NCBI GenBank assembly: GCA_025927655.1
Contig: JAICKY010000001.1
Span: 1 to 59,213 of the forward strand
Length of the DNA: 59,213 bases
Direction: 5' to 3'
From: Candidatus Saccharimonadota bacterium
GTDB lineage: Bacteria; Patescibacteriota; Saccharimonadia; Saccharimonadales; UBA4665
This document shows, in pieces, positions 36,080 to 44,692 of the stretch; the first letter of the stretch is position 1; each line of letters opens with the position of its first letter. Made by a program: the position numbers and the translations under genes. A model generated the notes under the pieces. It made no database searches, was not told the origin of the DNA, and saw only the letters and a list, made by a program, of their open reading frames with translations.

Positions 36080-36382
36080 GTGCCCTATCAACTTGCCCGA
36101 ATCTACCTCGATGGTATTAACCCGACATTTGATGACCTCAGTGCCCCTGCGTATAAGTTCCGAGGTGGCGATAGCGGCTACGTCTTAAGGGACGAGGTAT
36201 GCAGCATGGACCCAGTCAACGGCTTGAAACTAGCGTCCGAATATGTACCGGACCCAGAAGTTGTTGATGCTACCGAACCGCATATTGGTTGCCCTGCAAC
36301 GCTGTTACAGGGCTTTATCCAGCGATCTCACCTCATTCTGGCTGAGAGCGCGGTTCGCGAAGGTGTTATCTTGGTAAGCTAA
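36080..36382 (+). CDS. hypothetical protein (100 aa), GTG start, weak RBS
   Basis: ORF in a different frame from 35643..36050. The overlapping upstream frame translates to Arg-rich, non-protein-like sequence, so a simple frameshift fusion is not supported. Confidence 0.4.
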   Translation: MPYQLARIYLDGINPTFDDLSAPAYKFRGGDSGYVLRDEVCSMDPVNGLKLASEYVPDPEVVDATEPHIGCPATLLQGFIQRSHLILAESAVREGVILVS

Positions 36383-37800
36383 AACAGCGCAACAATCGCG
36401 GCGATACCGGCGGTGGCCATGACGAGCGTAGTGATCCAGCCAACAAACGTAGTGAATTTGCGGTTCACCCAGTGTCCCATTACCTTTTTATTGCTGCTGA
36501 GCCTAACGATGAAAAACAGGATGAATGGTGCTACCAAGCCGTTGGCTACGGCCGAATATATAAGCGCTTTTATAGGATCCAGCCCCACGAAGTTCAGCCC
36601 CAGTCCTACCAGCATGGAAATGATAATGATGCCGTAAAATGCGTAGGCCTGATTTAGACCGCGGTATAGTCCCTCTCGCCAACCCAGGCTCTCTGCAATC
36701 GCGTACGAACTGGAACCGGCCAGCACAGGGATAGCCAACAAGCCGGTGCCGATGATACCGATGGCAAACAGGAAGTATGTAGCATTGCCTGCGAATGGCC
36801 GCAAGGCTTCGGCTGCTTGTGCGGCGCTGGTTATTTCGGTAACACCGTGCGGGAACAGTACGCCGCCGCAGGCAGCGATGATAAAGAACATTACCAGATT
36901 GGACAGCAACATGCCTGTCCATACGTCTATACGCATACTTTTAACTTCGGCGGGGGCGGTAGCGCTCTGACGCTCTTTCAGGGTCGTTTTACCTTGCAAA
37001 AACTGCTCTTCTACCACCTTGCTGGTTTGCCAGAAGAACAGGTACGGCGATATGGTAGTACCGAGGATGGCGCAGATAAGCAGGAGTGATTCTTTGCTCC
37101 AGTGGATACTAGGTAGCAGCGTGCTGTGTAATGCCTGGCCCCAGTTTAGGTGTGCCAGAATGCTCGAAACGACGTAGCTTAGCAGCACCAGTGCCAGCCA
37201 TTTCAGGTATTTGGCATAACGGACGTAGGGGGTAAAAATTTGCAGCAGCAGGCTAATAACGGCGAAAGCTATGACCAGCCACCAGAACCGCAAGTGAGGG
37301 TTTAAGAGCTGCACGCCTTTGGCCATTGCGCCCAGGTCGGCACCGATGTTAAAGGCGTTGGCGGCAAAGAGCAGGAAGGTGCAAAATCGTAACACGCGCC
37401 TGGAGTAGTACGCGCGAATATTCCCGGCTAGTCCCCTGCCGGTCACCAGGCCGATTCTGGCGCACATTTCCTGTACGGCGCTCATGAGCGGGAATGTCCA
37501 GAGCGACAGCCACAAGAAACCAAAACCGAACTGCGCGCCGGTCTGGCTGTAGGTGGCGATACCGGATGGGTCGTCGTCGCTGGCGCCGGTGGTCAGGCCG
37601 GGCCCGAGCATGTACCAATAGTTCTTGGCCCTTTTCGTGGCCGCTCCTAGGGGTACGGCATGTAATATCTGGTTACTCAGCTGTACGGTACGGTCGAGGG
37701 CTACAGCGGGCATCTCGGCGCTCTTCATCAGGAGTGAGTCAGCCGAATATTCCTTGTGCAGGAAGTCAGGGGTGGATTGTTCTGGTTTTTGTTGCGCCAT
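36379..37800 (-). CDS. mntH: NRAMP-family divalent metal cation transporter
   Basis: GPGLTTGASDDDPSGIATYSQTGAQFGF (the DPGN-region equivalent). About 11 TM helices. The start is set at ATG 37800 (MAQQKPEQ). Confidence 0.8.
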   Translation of the reverse strand: MAQQKPEQSTPDFLHKEYSADSLLMKSAEMPAVALDRTVQLSNQILHAVPLGAATKRAKNYWYMLGPGLTTGASDDDPSGIATYSQTGAQFGFGFLWLSLWTFPLMSAVQEMCARIGLVTGRGLAGNIRAYYSRRVLRFCTFLLFAANAFNIGADLGAMAKGVQLLNPHLRFWWLVIAFAVISLLLQIFTPYVRYAKYLKWLALVLLSYVVSSILAHLNWGQALHSTLLPSIHWSKESLLLICAILGTTISPYLFFWQTSKVVEEQFLQGKTTLKERQSATAPAEVKSMRIDVWTGMLLSNLVMFFIIAACGGVLFPHGVTEITSAAQAAEALRPFAGNATYFLFAIGIIGTGLLAIPVLAGSSSYAIAESLGWREGLYRGLNQAYAFYGIIIISMLVGLGLNFVGLDPIKALIYSAVANGLVAPFILFFIVRLSSNKKVMGHWVNRKFTTFVGWITTLVMATAGIAAIVALF

Positions 37801-37879
37801 AATGTAGCCCAAGCATAAGCTTGTTTGAATATATTGTAGCAAAACGCCGTCATAGAGGCTATTTTGTAAATTTTATGAT

Positions 37880-38521
37880 TTATAAGTGAGTACCGAAATA
37901 GTACCAGAAATGGTGCAGAATGATGGCGATGACAATCAGAAGCCAGGCTACCAGAATATCGGCATGGTGGCGTTTGGCAAACTGGCCTGTGGTTCGCAAC
38001 CGCACGGGTAATTTTATAAAACCGTTGTAAAAATTATACATCGTTACATACCACCAGGCGGTAGTTATAACGACGTCGACACTAAGGCACCAGGGGCATA
38101 ACGCGCGTATCCGGTAAACGCTTTCAAATAGCAGCCAGTATGCAAACGCTACGCCAAGCGTCAGGCCGGCTTGCATGCCAATCCACCACCAGCGCTTAAA
38201 CTTGGCACCGGCCAGCATAGCTACACCAGTCGCGATTACTACCGGGAAGCCAATGAGGCCAATGAAAGGGTTCATAAATCCAAAGGTGTGAGCTTGCGAG
38301 CTTTTCATGACCGAGCCGCAGCTGATAATGGGGTTGAGGTCGCACACGGGCTGGTAGTGCGGGTTCATGGCCAGGTCGATTTTTTCCTGGGTAATTGCCA
38401 CCGACGCGACGACACCAATGACACCGCAGACTATAAGCAGCCACGGCAGTATGCTGCCTAGCTTAGCTAGCGGCCCTTTGGCGGCTTCGGTTTTTATTGA
38501 GGTTGTGGGTTTCTTAGTCAT
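37880..38521 (-). CDS. vitamin K epoxide reductase (VKOR) family protein
   Basis: CDLNPIISCGSV loop cysteines and the CPWC redox motif (RALCPWCLSV). About 5 TM helices. Confidence 0.8.
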   Translation of the reverse strand: MTKKPTTSIKTEAAKGPLAKLGSILPWLLIVCGVIGVVASVAITQEKIDLAMNPHYQPVCDLNPIISCGSVMKSSQAHTFGFMNPFIGLIGFPVVIATGVAMLAGAKFKRWWWIGMQAGLTLGVAFAYWLLFESVYRIRALCPWCLSVDVVITTAWWYVTMYNFYNGFIKLPVRLRTTGQFAKRHHADILVAWLLIVIAIILHHFWYYFGTHL

Positions 38522-38524
38522 AGT

Positions 38525-39697
38525 TTATTCACTGCACGATCCGGTGTTCCGGGTGACGTTTGATTGTTCGGCCGGTGCCAGCTCCCCCGACACTTGGTGC
38601 CCGGTCAGTGCATATCCAACGTTATTGTACGTGGTGGACGTAGCGAAGACAATCCCAAGGGCCTGGCCGTTCACGCCTATCAGCGGGCCGCCGGAATTGC
38701 CGGGAATGACCTTTGCCCGTACTGAGTAGACGTCTCGTACCGTCGTTCCCTGGTCGTAAATATTCCGCCCGTAGGCGCTGAAACTATTGATAATAGCAGC
38801 TGGCTGTGCGTCGAAATTACCTCCCCCAGGGTAGCCCAGTACGACGCCAGGCGTGTTAGCCGGTTGTTCGGTACTATCTATGGTAAGCGGTTTGCCTGCC
38901 AGATTATGCACCTGTAACACCGCCAGGTCTATATTCGGATCAAACCAGACTACGCGGGTATTGTGTATGCCGTTGCTATCGATGACTTTAGGGTCAAGTA
39001 CACCGGCTACGACATGCGCGTTAGTCACGATTTCGTTGCTATTTACTACAAAACCACTCCCCTCCACGATGCCGCCGCAGCCTGTACCCTCCACCTTCAC
39101 TACCGAAGCTTCGGCGGCTTGCACTACTGGCCCTAATGGACCGATTGCCGGGATACTGGTAGTGCTGTCCGGATTTGGTTCCAGCCCGCTAAAGACCTGC
39201 GGAAAACCATTTGGGTCGATAAGTGTGTTGAGCGAACCGAGCAACTTCGTTGCCGGTGGTAAATGCGCATTGAGCGAGCTTAGAATACGGGAACCCTTGA
39301 GCTCCTGTTGGAAGCTGTTAGCCGGACCCAGCACCAATATGGACGCCCCCAGCCAAATAGCGAACAGCGTTGTCAGTACAGCCATAACCGAGCCAAAACC
39401 TCCGTCGACTGCATCCAGGGAACGCAAGCGCATTAGATTTTCCTTGAGCCTGATCCCCAGAAGTTCACCGACGGTCATGCATATAAGTCCGCCGAGCAGC
39501 ACGATAAACAAACTGGTGATGGACTTGCTGACCGAGGTGGTTTCGTGGTTGACTACGAAATTGCCGATCCATGACCCCGCAAACAGGCCAACTACGAAGC
39601 CGACAGTAGAACCAAGCTGCCTGGCAAGGCCAATCCGGTATCCGCGTGCCAGTGCGCCGATGGCAAATAATATGATAAGTAGATCGATGAGGTTCAT
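38525..39697 (-). CDS. MarP-type membrane serine protease (CvpA-like TM domain + trypsin-like S1 domain)
   Basis: N-terminal CvpA-like helices are followed by TNAHVVAG..., DLAVLQV... and GNSGGPLIG (His/Asp/Ser triad context). The start is set at ATG 39697. Confidence 0.8.
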   Translation of the reverse strand: MNLIDLLIILFAIGALARGYRIGLARQLGSTVGFVVGLFAGSWIGNFVVNHETTSVSKSITSLFIVLLGGLICMTVGELLGIRLKENLMRLRSLDAVDGGFGSVMAVLTTLFAIWLGASILVLGPANSFQQELKGSRILSSLNAHLPPATKLLGSLNTLIDPNGFPQVFSGLEPNPDSTTSIPAIGPLGPVVQAAEASVVKVEGTGCGGIVEGSGFVVNSNEIVTNAHVVAGVLDPKVIDSNGIHNTRVVWFDPNIDLAVLQVHNLAGKPLTIDSTEQPANTPGVVLGYPGGGNFDAQPAAIINSFSAYGRNIYDQGTTVRDVYSVRAKVIPGNSGGPLIGVNGQALGIVFATSTTYNNVGYALTGHQVSGELAPAEQSNVTRNTGSCSE

Positions 39698-39707
39698 AGG
39701 ATGCACG

Positions 39708-40628
39708 CTACGACGCCCCGCGAATGACACTCACGAGCAGCATAAAGACGCCGAAGCCTATGCAGTACCAGCCGAATGGCTTGAGCGATTTACTGCGGAA
39801 GTATTTATCCAGAAAACGCACCGACAGGTATGCTCCGACTCCTGCCAGCAAACTGCCGGCTAGTATGGGGCCGCCGGTGCCGTGCAAATGCCCGAGCACG
39901 CTGGGTAATTTATAGAGCCCGGCTAGCAGGATGATGGGCGTGGCCAGCAGGAATGAAAAACGTGCGGCGTCCTGATGGTCCAGGCCGCTCCGCAACCCGG
40001 CCAGCATGGTTATGCCCGAACGTGAAATACCTGCGAACAGCGCGCCGATCTGCACTACGCCGATAAGTATAGCCCGCTCGAATGTCAGATGGTCGCTGAC
40101 CACTCGGGAGGTCCTATTCGTGGCTAATTCATCAACATCTACCCCCTGGCGGCGCCTGCGGGGCCGGGAAAGCTCGGCTTTGGTAACGAGTTTATCGCCC
40201 TTCAGCAATATGATGCCGTTCACGATTATGAGTACTATGGCGAAGAATGCCGTGCCAAAGGCGGCGCGTAGTTTGTGCTCGAACACCAGGCCGATGAGCC
40301 CGGCCGGTATGGTCGCTGCAATCAGCAGCCAGGCCAGCTTGGCATCGCTGTCATGGGTGACGTATTTGGTTTTTACACTTCGCAAGAAACCCTTCACGAT
40401 TCGCACCCATTGTTCACGGTAAAAGATGATAAGTGCGATGGCAGTAGCCACGTGCATCATTACCAGCAGGTTTAGAAACGTAGAACTGTTGGCTGTTTCC
40501 TGGCCGCTTAGGTTGGTCCAATGAAACAAATTGGCAATGAGCACGGCATGCCCCAGGCTGGATACGGGAAACAGCTCGGTAACTCCCTGTACGATCCCCA
40601 AAACAATTGCCTGAAAATAACTCAGCAT
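39708..40628 (-). CDS. uppP: undecaprenyl-diphosphate phosphatase
   Basis: IVLGIVQGVTELFPVSSLGHAVL and GISRSGITM are UppP/BacA signatures. The start is probably ATG 40628; the track start is 40685. An Arg-rich insertion (SRPRRRRQGVDVDEL) sits mid-protein. Confidence 0.85.
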   Translation of the reverse strand: MLSYFQAIVLGIVQGVTELFPVSSLGHAVLIANLFHWTNLSGQETANSSTFLNLLVMMHVATAIALIIFYREQWVRIVKGFLRSVKTKYVTHDSDAKLAWLLIAATIPAGLIGLVFEHKLRAAFGTAFFAIVLIIVNGIILLKGDKLVTKAELSRPRRRRQGVDVDELATNRTSRVVSDHLTFERAILIGVVQIGALFAGISRSGITMLAGLRSGLDHQDAARFSFLLATPIILLAGLYKLPSVLGHLHGTGGPILAGSLLAGVGAYLSVRFLDKYFRSKSLKPFGWYCIGFGVFMLLVSVIRGAS

Positions 40629-40715
40629 ATGCAATATAGTGTAGCATGTTCCGGCTGCTGGTTTGCTTGCCGATTCTTCAGCCAAACGGGGATTTGCTTG
40701 CTATACTAGGGGGTA

Positions 40716-42212
40716 ATGCCATTCAAAATATCGGCTCTGGCTAGTGCTGTGCGGCGCGGCTTGAATAGTAAATGGTGCTGGCGAAGTATCGTAGGATTGT
40801 TCGTGCTGGAGACACTGTGGCTGGTTTTTAGCGCACAGTATCCGATGGCGTTCGATGAAAACTATCACTTCGGGCTGATACGGCTGCATGCTGAGCAGTG
40901 GACGCCGTTTTTTACCGTGCAACCGCATAATGCCAGCGTGTATGGCGCGGTGGTGCGTGATCCGTCGTATCTGTACCACTGGCTGATGAGTTTTCCCTAC
41001 CGGCTTATTTCGCTATGTACGCACAACCAAACCGCGCAGATCATTTTCCTGCGACTTATAAACGTGGCGCTGTTTACCTACGGCATTGTGCTGTATCGCC
41101 GGATTGTGCGGAAGATTGGAGTGAGCCGCGCGCTTACCAATGCTCTGTTTGCGGTGTTTATTCTGATCCCCGTAGTACCGTTCCTGGCGGCACACATTAA
41201 CTATGACAATATGTTTTTTGTAGCCGTACCGCTGACCATTCTGCTAACCTTGCGGCTCATGGACGGCTTTGCCTACAAGCGTATAGGCGCGCTAAATCTG
41301 CTCGCGCTGCTGGCAGTATTGTTTTTGTCGAGTCTTATCAAATATCCATTCCTGCCGGTATTTGCAGCCACCGGTTTGTTTGTAGCCTGGCGGCTGTGGC
41401 GTACACAACTATTGAGTCGGGCTGGCCTGCGTAGCTTTGCTGCTAGTTTCCGGCCATTGCCGTGGGTGAAACAATGGCTGCTGGTAGTAGTGTGCCTGCT
41501 TTCGATTGGCCTGTTCGCCGAGCGCTATGCGGCCAATATTGTGACATACCACAACCCGGTGCCGGCTTGCGACGCGGTGATTAGCGAGGATGAATGCGAG
41601 CAATACGGACCATACGGCCGGGACCATTCGCTGAAGCAGAAAAGGCCGGCCAGTTTTCATGCCAATCCGGTGGTGTACGGCTGGCAGTGGCTGTATGGCA
41701 TGTGGTACCGCTTATTTTTCGCGATCAATTATAACTATGCCAATTCCCCGCCGCTGCTCATTATAAGCGTGACGGCTATAGTCATGGCAGTGTTGCTCGC
41801 GCTAGGAATGGCGGCACGCTTTCGGCCGCTGTTTGCCGGACAACCAGCGAGACAGCTTATTGCCTGGGTGACGTTGGGTTATATCCTAGCATTGTTTGCT
41901 GACGGCTTCAGTGCGTACAATAAAACCGCCCAGCCGGTCGCTATAAACGGTCGCTATCTTATCCCCTTCCTGCCCTTTTTGTTTGCGTTCGGCGGGCTGG
42001 CCTGGGCACAGCTGCTGCGCGGACACTTGGCCGTAAAAGCAGCGTTCGCCAGCGTGGTGATTGCTATTTTCCTGCTGCAAGGCGGCGGTACGATGACCTT
42101 TATCGTCCGCAGTAACGATACCTGGATGTGGAATAACGGCGCCGTCCGCGCTGCTAACCGTGTGGTGCGTAGTGCCGTCTGGCCGTTCGTTATCGGCAAA
42201 AACACGTACTAG
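40716..42212 (+). CDS. GT-C-fold-like membrane glycosyltransferase (ArnT/PMT-like), tentative
   Basis: 498 aa and more than 10 TM helices. The first-loop motif AFDENYHFG resembles the DE motif of GT-C enzymes. It is adjacent to uppP. Confidence 0.45.
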   Translation: MPFKISALASAVRRGLNSKWCWRSIVGLFVLETLWLVFSAQYPMAFDENYHFGLIRLHAEQWTPFFTVQPHNASVYGAVVRDPSYLYHWLMSFPYRLISLCTHNQTAQIIFLRLINVALFTYGIVLYRRIVRKIGVSRALTNALFAVFILIPVVPFLAAHINYDNMFFVAVPLTILLTLRLMDGFAYKRIGALNLLALLAVLFLSSLIKYPFLPVFAATGLFVAWRLWRTQLLSRAGLRSFAASFRPLPWVKQWLLVVVCLLSIGLFAERYAANIVTYHNPVPACDAVISEDECEQYGPYGRDHSLKQKRPASFHANPVVYGWQWLYGMWYRLFFAINYNYANSPPLLIISVTAIVMAVLLALGMAARFRPLFAGQPARQLIAWVTLGYILALFADGFSAYNKTAQPVAINGRYLIPFLPFLFAFGGLAWAQLLRGHLAVKAAFASVVIAIFLLQGGGTMTFIVRSNDTWMWNNGAVRAANRVVRSAVWPFVIGKNTY

Positions 42213-42363
42213 CTACGGCTGCTTGGTTACTTCTTCGAACGAGATGATTTTGCCGTCTTCGACGGTGAAGCGGGCGACATAATTGTGTGGGTTATGCGTA
42301 GCATCTGTTATGCGCAAACAGTAGCGGATTCGCTCACTCCTGTCAATTTTGATGACAACAAAG

Positions 42364-42398
42364 AACTCCGCCGAGATTAGATCTGGACGGAGTTTTTT
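42364..42398. terminator. bidirectional stem-loop terminator between convergent genes
   Basis: AACTCCGCC-(loop)-GGACGGAGTT, followed by TTTTTGT on the plus strand and TTCTTTGTTGT on the minus-strand reading. Confidence 0.6.
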
Positions 42399-42413
42399 GT
42401 GGGAACGACCGGT

Positions 42414-42698
42414 TTAGCGGCGATCGAAATCGCGGCGTGGTGGGCGTGGTTCGAGTGGGCGAGCTTCGCTCACTACGATAGTACGACCCTGGATGTCGGT
42501 GCCGTTCAGCTTGTTCATGGCTGCCTTAGCTGCTTCGTCATCGTCGAATTCAACGAAGCCGAAACCCTTGCTGCGGCCGCTTTCGCGGTCCATGATTACT
42601 TTTGCTGATGCTACGGTGCCGAATTCCTTAAATAGGTCTTCGAGCCCTTGGTCGTCGATTGCCCACGGGAGTGAACCGACGAAAAGTTTGATTGCCAT
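42414..42698 (-). CDS. RRM-type RNA-binding protein
   Basis: RNP-2 LFVGSL and RNP-1 KGFGFVEF. 94 aa with an Arg/Pro-rich tail. Confidence 0.9.
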   Translation of the reverse strand: MAIKLFVGSLPWAIDDQGLEDLFKEFGTVASAKVIMDRESGRSKGFGFVEFDDDEAAKAAMNKLNGTDIQGRTIVVSEARPLEPRPPRRDFDRR

Positions 42699-42707
42699 GG
42701 TGTGGCT

Positions 42708-42755
42708 GCTTCCTTTAATTCTGGTCTATGAGGTAAGTTTCTTCTTAAAGGAAGC
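42708..42755 (-). promoter_or_regulatory. SD-sequestering hairpin in the 5' UTR of the RRM gene
   Basis: GCTTCCTTTAA (42708-42718) and TTAAAGGAAGC (42745-42755) are perfect 11-nt reverse complements with a 26-nt loop. The proximal arm contains the RBS (AAGGAAG on the mRNA), 10 nt from the ATG. Confidence 0.5.
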
Positions 42756-43163
42756 CTTAGCTGCGCCTCTTGATAACCGTTACTTATGTGCTCCTAGATT
42801 CTCAAATGCTCGCTTGCGTGAACATTATCGCAGCCTTCTAGTAACTGCATCATACCATGTTTTACAGTACCTACAAAACGCTTTTCAAACAATGTAAGAT
42901 TATTTTAAGATGTTCAGGCCGCGTAAGGTGTACTGCCCGTGCAGGCTTGGTTGCTACTGCCGGCCATACACGCACCGTGTTCAGTACGCCAAAGGTTATA
43001 ACTTTTACTACACTATTTTCCAGCTGCATCTGTCGCCCTCTATCGGTGTTATAGGGCTGTAAGATTTCTTGCAGCTGGCCATAAGCAACAAGCAGTAGGC
43101 TAGTACTGTACCACATAGAGGTACTTCATAAGGTTAAGTAACACATAGGAGCTCGCAACAACT

Positions 43164-43310
43164 ATGAAAAGACTCAATATTATAACTAAACCCACTACTG
43201 TGAACGACTTTGCCGATATGGATGCTGATAGTTTTGAAGGTTCGTGGGAGCTTCGGGCAGAGCGTTTGGAAACCAAGCGGGCCCGCAGATTTAAGCAACA
43301 GCTTGCTTGA
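43164..43310 (+). CDS. small hypothetical protein, 48 aa (below the ORF-track cutoff)
   Basis: MKRLNIITKPTTVNDFADMDADSFEGSWELRAERLETKRARRFKQQLA. AGGAG lies 13 nt upstream, which is rather far. A clean terminator follows 16 nt after the stop. Confidence 0.4.
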   Translation: MKRLNIITKPTTVNDFADMDADSFEGSWELRAERLETKRARRFKQQLA

Positions 43311-43326
43311 TATACATCAGTCTACG

Positions 43327-43363
43327 ATAAGGCCGATCCTGTGCAGGAGCGGCCTTATTTTTT
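43327..43363 (+). terminator. rho-independent terminator
   Basis: ATAAGGCCG-(14 nt)-CGGCCTTAT followed by TTTTT. Confidence 0.7.
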
Positions 43364-43407
43364 GGCATCGCAGTACTTAACTTTGATTGGAGCCAATAGA
43401 GCCCTCG

Positions 43408-43539
43408 TGCTCCAAGCGCAGCAGCGTATAGGCCTTTACGGCCGCGCTGTTCGCAGGCCTCAAGCGGTGTGTTTGCGTGCGCCAGAATGAATCTGCCGCC
43501 CTCGCCCTGCACCAGCTGCCGAACGGCTTCGCTGCGGTA
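43408..43539 (-). pseudogene. cysC: adenylyl-sulfate (APS) kinase fragment
   Basis: The translation YRSEAVRQLVQGEGGRFILAHANTPLEACEQRGRKGLYAAALGARG aligns by eye to CysC ...[45 protein letters not shown]. It is preceded by an in-frame TAG and has no P-loop region. Confidence 0.5.
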
Positions 43540-43559
43540 CTAGTGGAGACTACAGATGC

Positions 43560-43994
43560 TTAAGCTGCGGGTTTACTGTGAGTGCTCTTGATTGCACCGT
43601 TGGCTGTCTGATAGGCGCGGAGTTCTTTTATAATTTCCAGCTGTTCCTGGTTTATAGTCATCAGCATCTCTATCTCTTTCTTGGCGCGAACGTTCGTTTC
43701 GTAATCGTGTTGTGCCATGGCTGCCGCGATAGCGTCCTGGCGTTTGGCGGCAATCAGCAGAATAGCCCCTTGCAGCGCGGCCAGCATACTCAAGAATAGG
43801 TTGAGTAAAATGAACGGATATTTGTCCCAGTGGTGAACCCCGTGCGCGCTGTTCAGGTATGCCCACGCAGCCAGAAATACTACAAACGTAAGTACAAACG
43901 CCCAGCTGCCCATGCCATTGCGCATAGCGTCGGCGCTGCGCTGTCCTATCGTTAGGTTGTCCTTTACCTTTTTATGCCAGTTGTAGATTGCCAT
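43560..43994 (-). CDS. DUF1003 domain-containing membrane protein
   Basis: GSWAFVLTFVVFLAAWAYLN...DKYPFILLNLFLSMLAALQGAILLIAAKRQD followed by a coiled C-terminus. 144 aa. Confidence 0.8.
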   Translation of the reverse strand: MAIYNWHKKVKDNLTIGQRSADAMRNGMGSWAFVLTFVVFLAAWAYLNSAHGVHHWDKYPFILLNLFLSMLAALQGAILLIAAKRQDAIAAAMAQHDYETNVRAKKEIEMLMTINQEQLEIIKELRAYQTANGAIKSTHSKPAA

Positions 43995-44071
43995 ATTCGC
44001 CAGTATAACACTATTGCTTATGCCACGAATTTCCGGAGTAAACCAAAGTCTACAATAGATCGAGGCCCGGG

Positions 44072-44584
44072 CTAGTATGGGTAGCTATTGCCGTTCGAAG
44101 AAGAACTGCCGGTCGAACTTGCAGCTGCGGGCTTAGCGACGGTAAAATCGCTGACGCCGTTACCGGTAACCTGTCCAGCCGGGTCACTGACGAAATAATA
44201 GAGGGGTTTGCCGTTATAGGTGTACTGCTTTTGTCCGTTATCAGTCCGGGTGATGGCTCCCACTCCTGACGGCAAGTTTGCAGTTACGGTTGCGGTGTAT
44301 GCTGGCCATGCGCTCAAGCATGACCCTGTGCAGTTACTGGCATTCGACGTATCGCCGCCGTAGGTGTAGAGTGCTTTGCCGGTAGGGTCCGCCAGATATT
44401 GCCCAATGGCCGGGTCTGTTTTGGTGGTGAGCACCGTGTGCTTTACGGCATGAGCTTGAGTTTTAGTGCTCGCGGTGTTATTTGGGCTGGTATGAGCCGA
44501 TTTGTTATAGAAGCTTGCAAATGCCCCGCCAGCTATAACTAGTACGGCGACGATTACGGCCACTGCGGCGGTACTGTTCTTCAT
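44072..44584 (-). CDS. secreted protein with two COG4315/PF03640-type repeats
   Basis: N-terminal TM/signal sequence. GQYLADPTGKALYTY..D......C.GSCLSAWP and GKQYTYNGKPLYYFVSD match the repeat pattern as I remember it. Confidence 0.7.
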   Translation of the reverse strand: MKNSTAAVAVIVAVLVIAGGAFASFYNKSAHTSPNNTASTKTQAHAVKHTVLTTKTDPAIGQYLADPTGKALYTYGGDTSNASNCTGSCLSAWPAYTATVTANLPSGVGAITRTDNGQKQYTYNGKPLYYFVSDPAGQVTGNGVSDFTVAKPAAASSTGSSSSNGNSYPY

Positions 44585-44692
44585 AGAAACCCTCCAAATT
44601 ACCTACTACTATACTTTATATACTACTACAGTCTCATCGGGTTACTCCACGATTTCATTGTGTGTATCCTGTTTGTCGCGTACAGTTTAGGC

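Noticed and set aside
35924-36080. Frameshift fusion of ORFs 35643..36050 and 36080..36382 into one gene
   Set aside because: The second frame is open back to 35924, but it translates there to Arg-rich, non-protein-like sequence (CSNGSISGDNYRSAFQWIDTATRAHERTLRTIAHRTERGETVTRHGLDASWR). There is no support for a continuous protein.
42345-42416. Stop-codon read-through extension of the RRM protein
   Set aside because: A terminator hairpin (42364-42398) lies directly after the TAA, and the first read-through residues (TGRSHKKLRPDLISAE) do not look like a domain. The downstream protein-like part is better explained as a relic of a separate gene.
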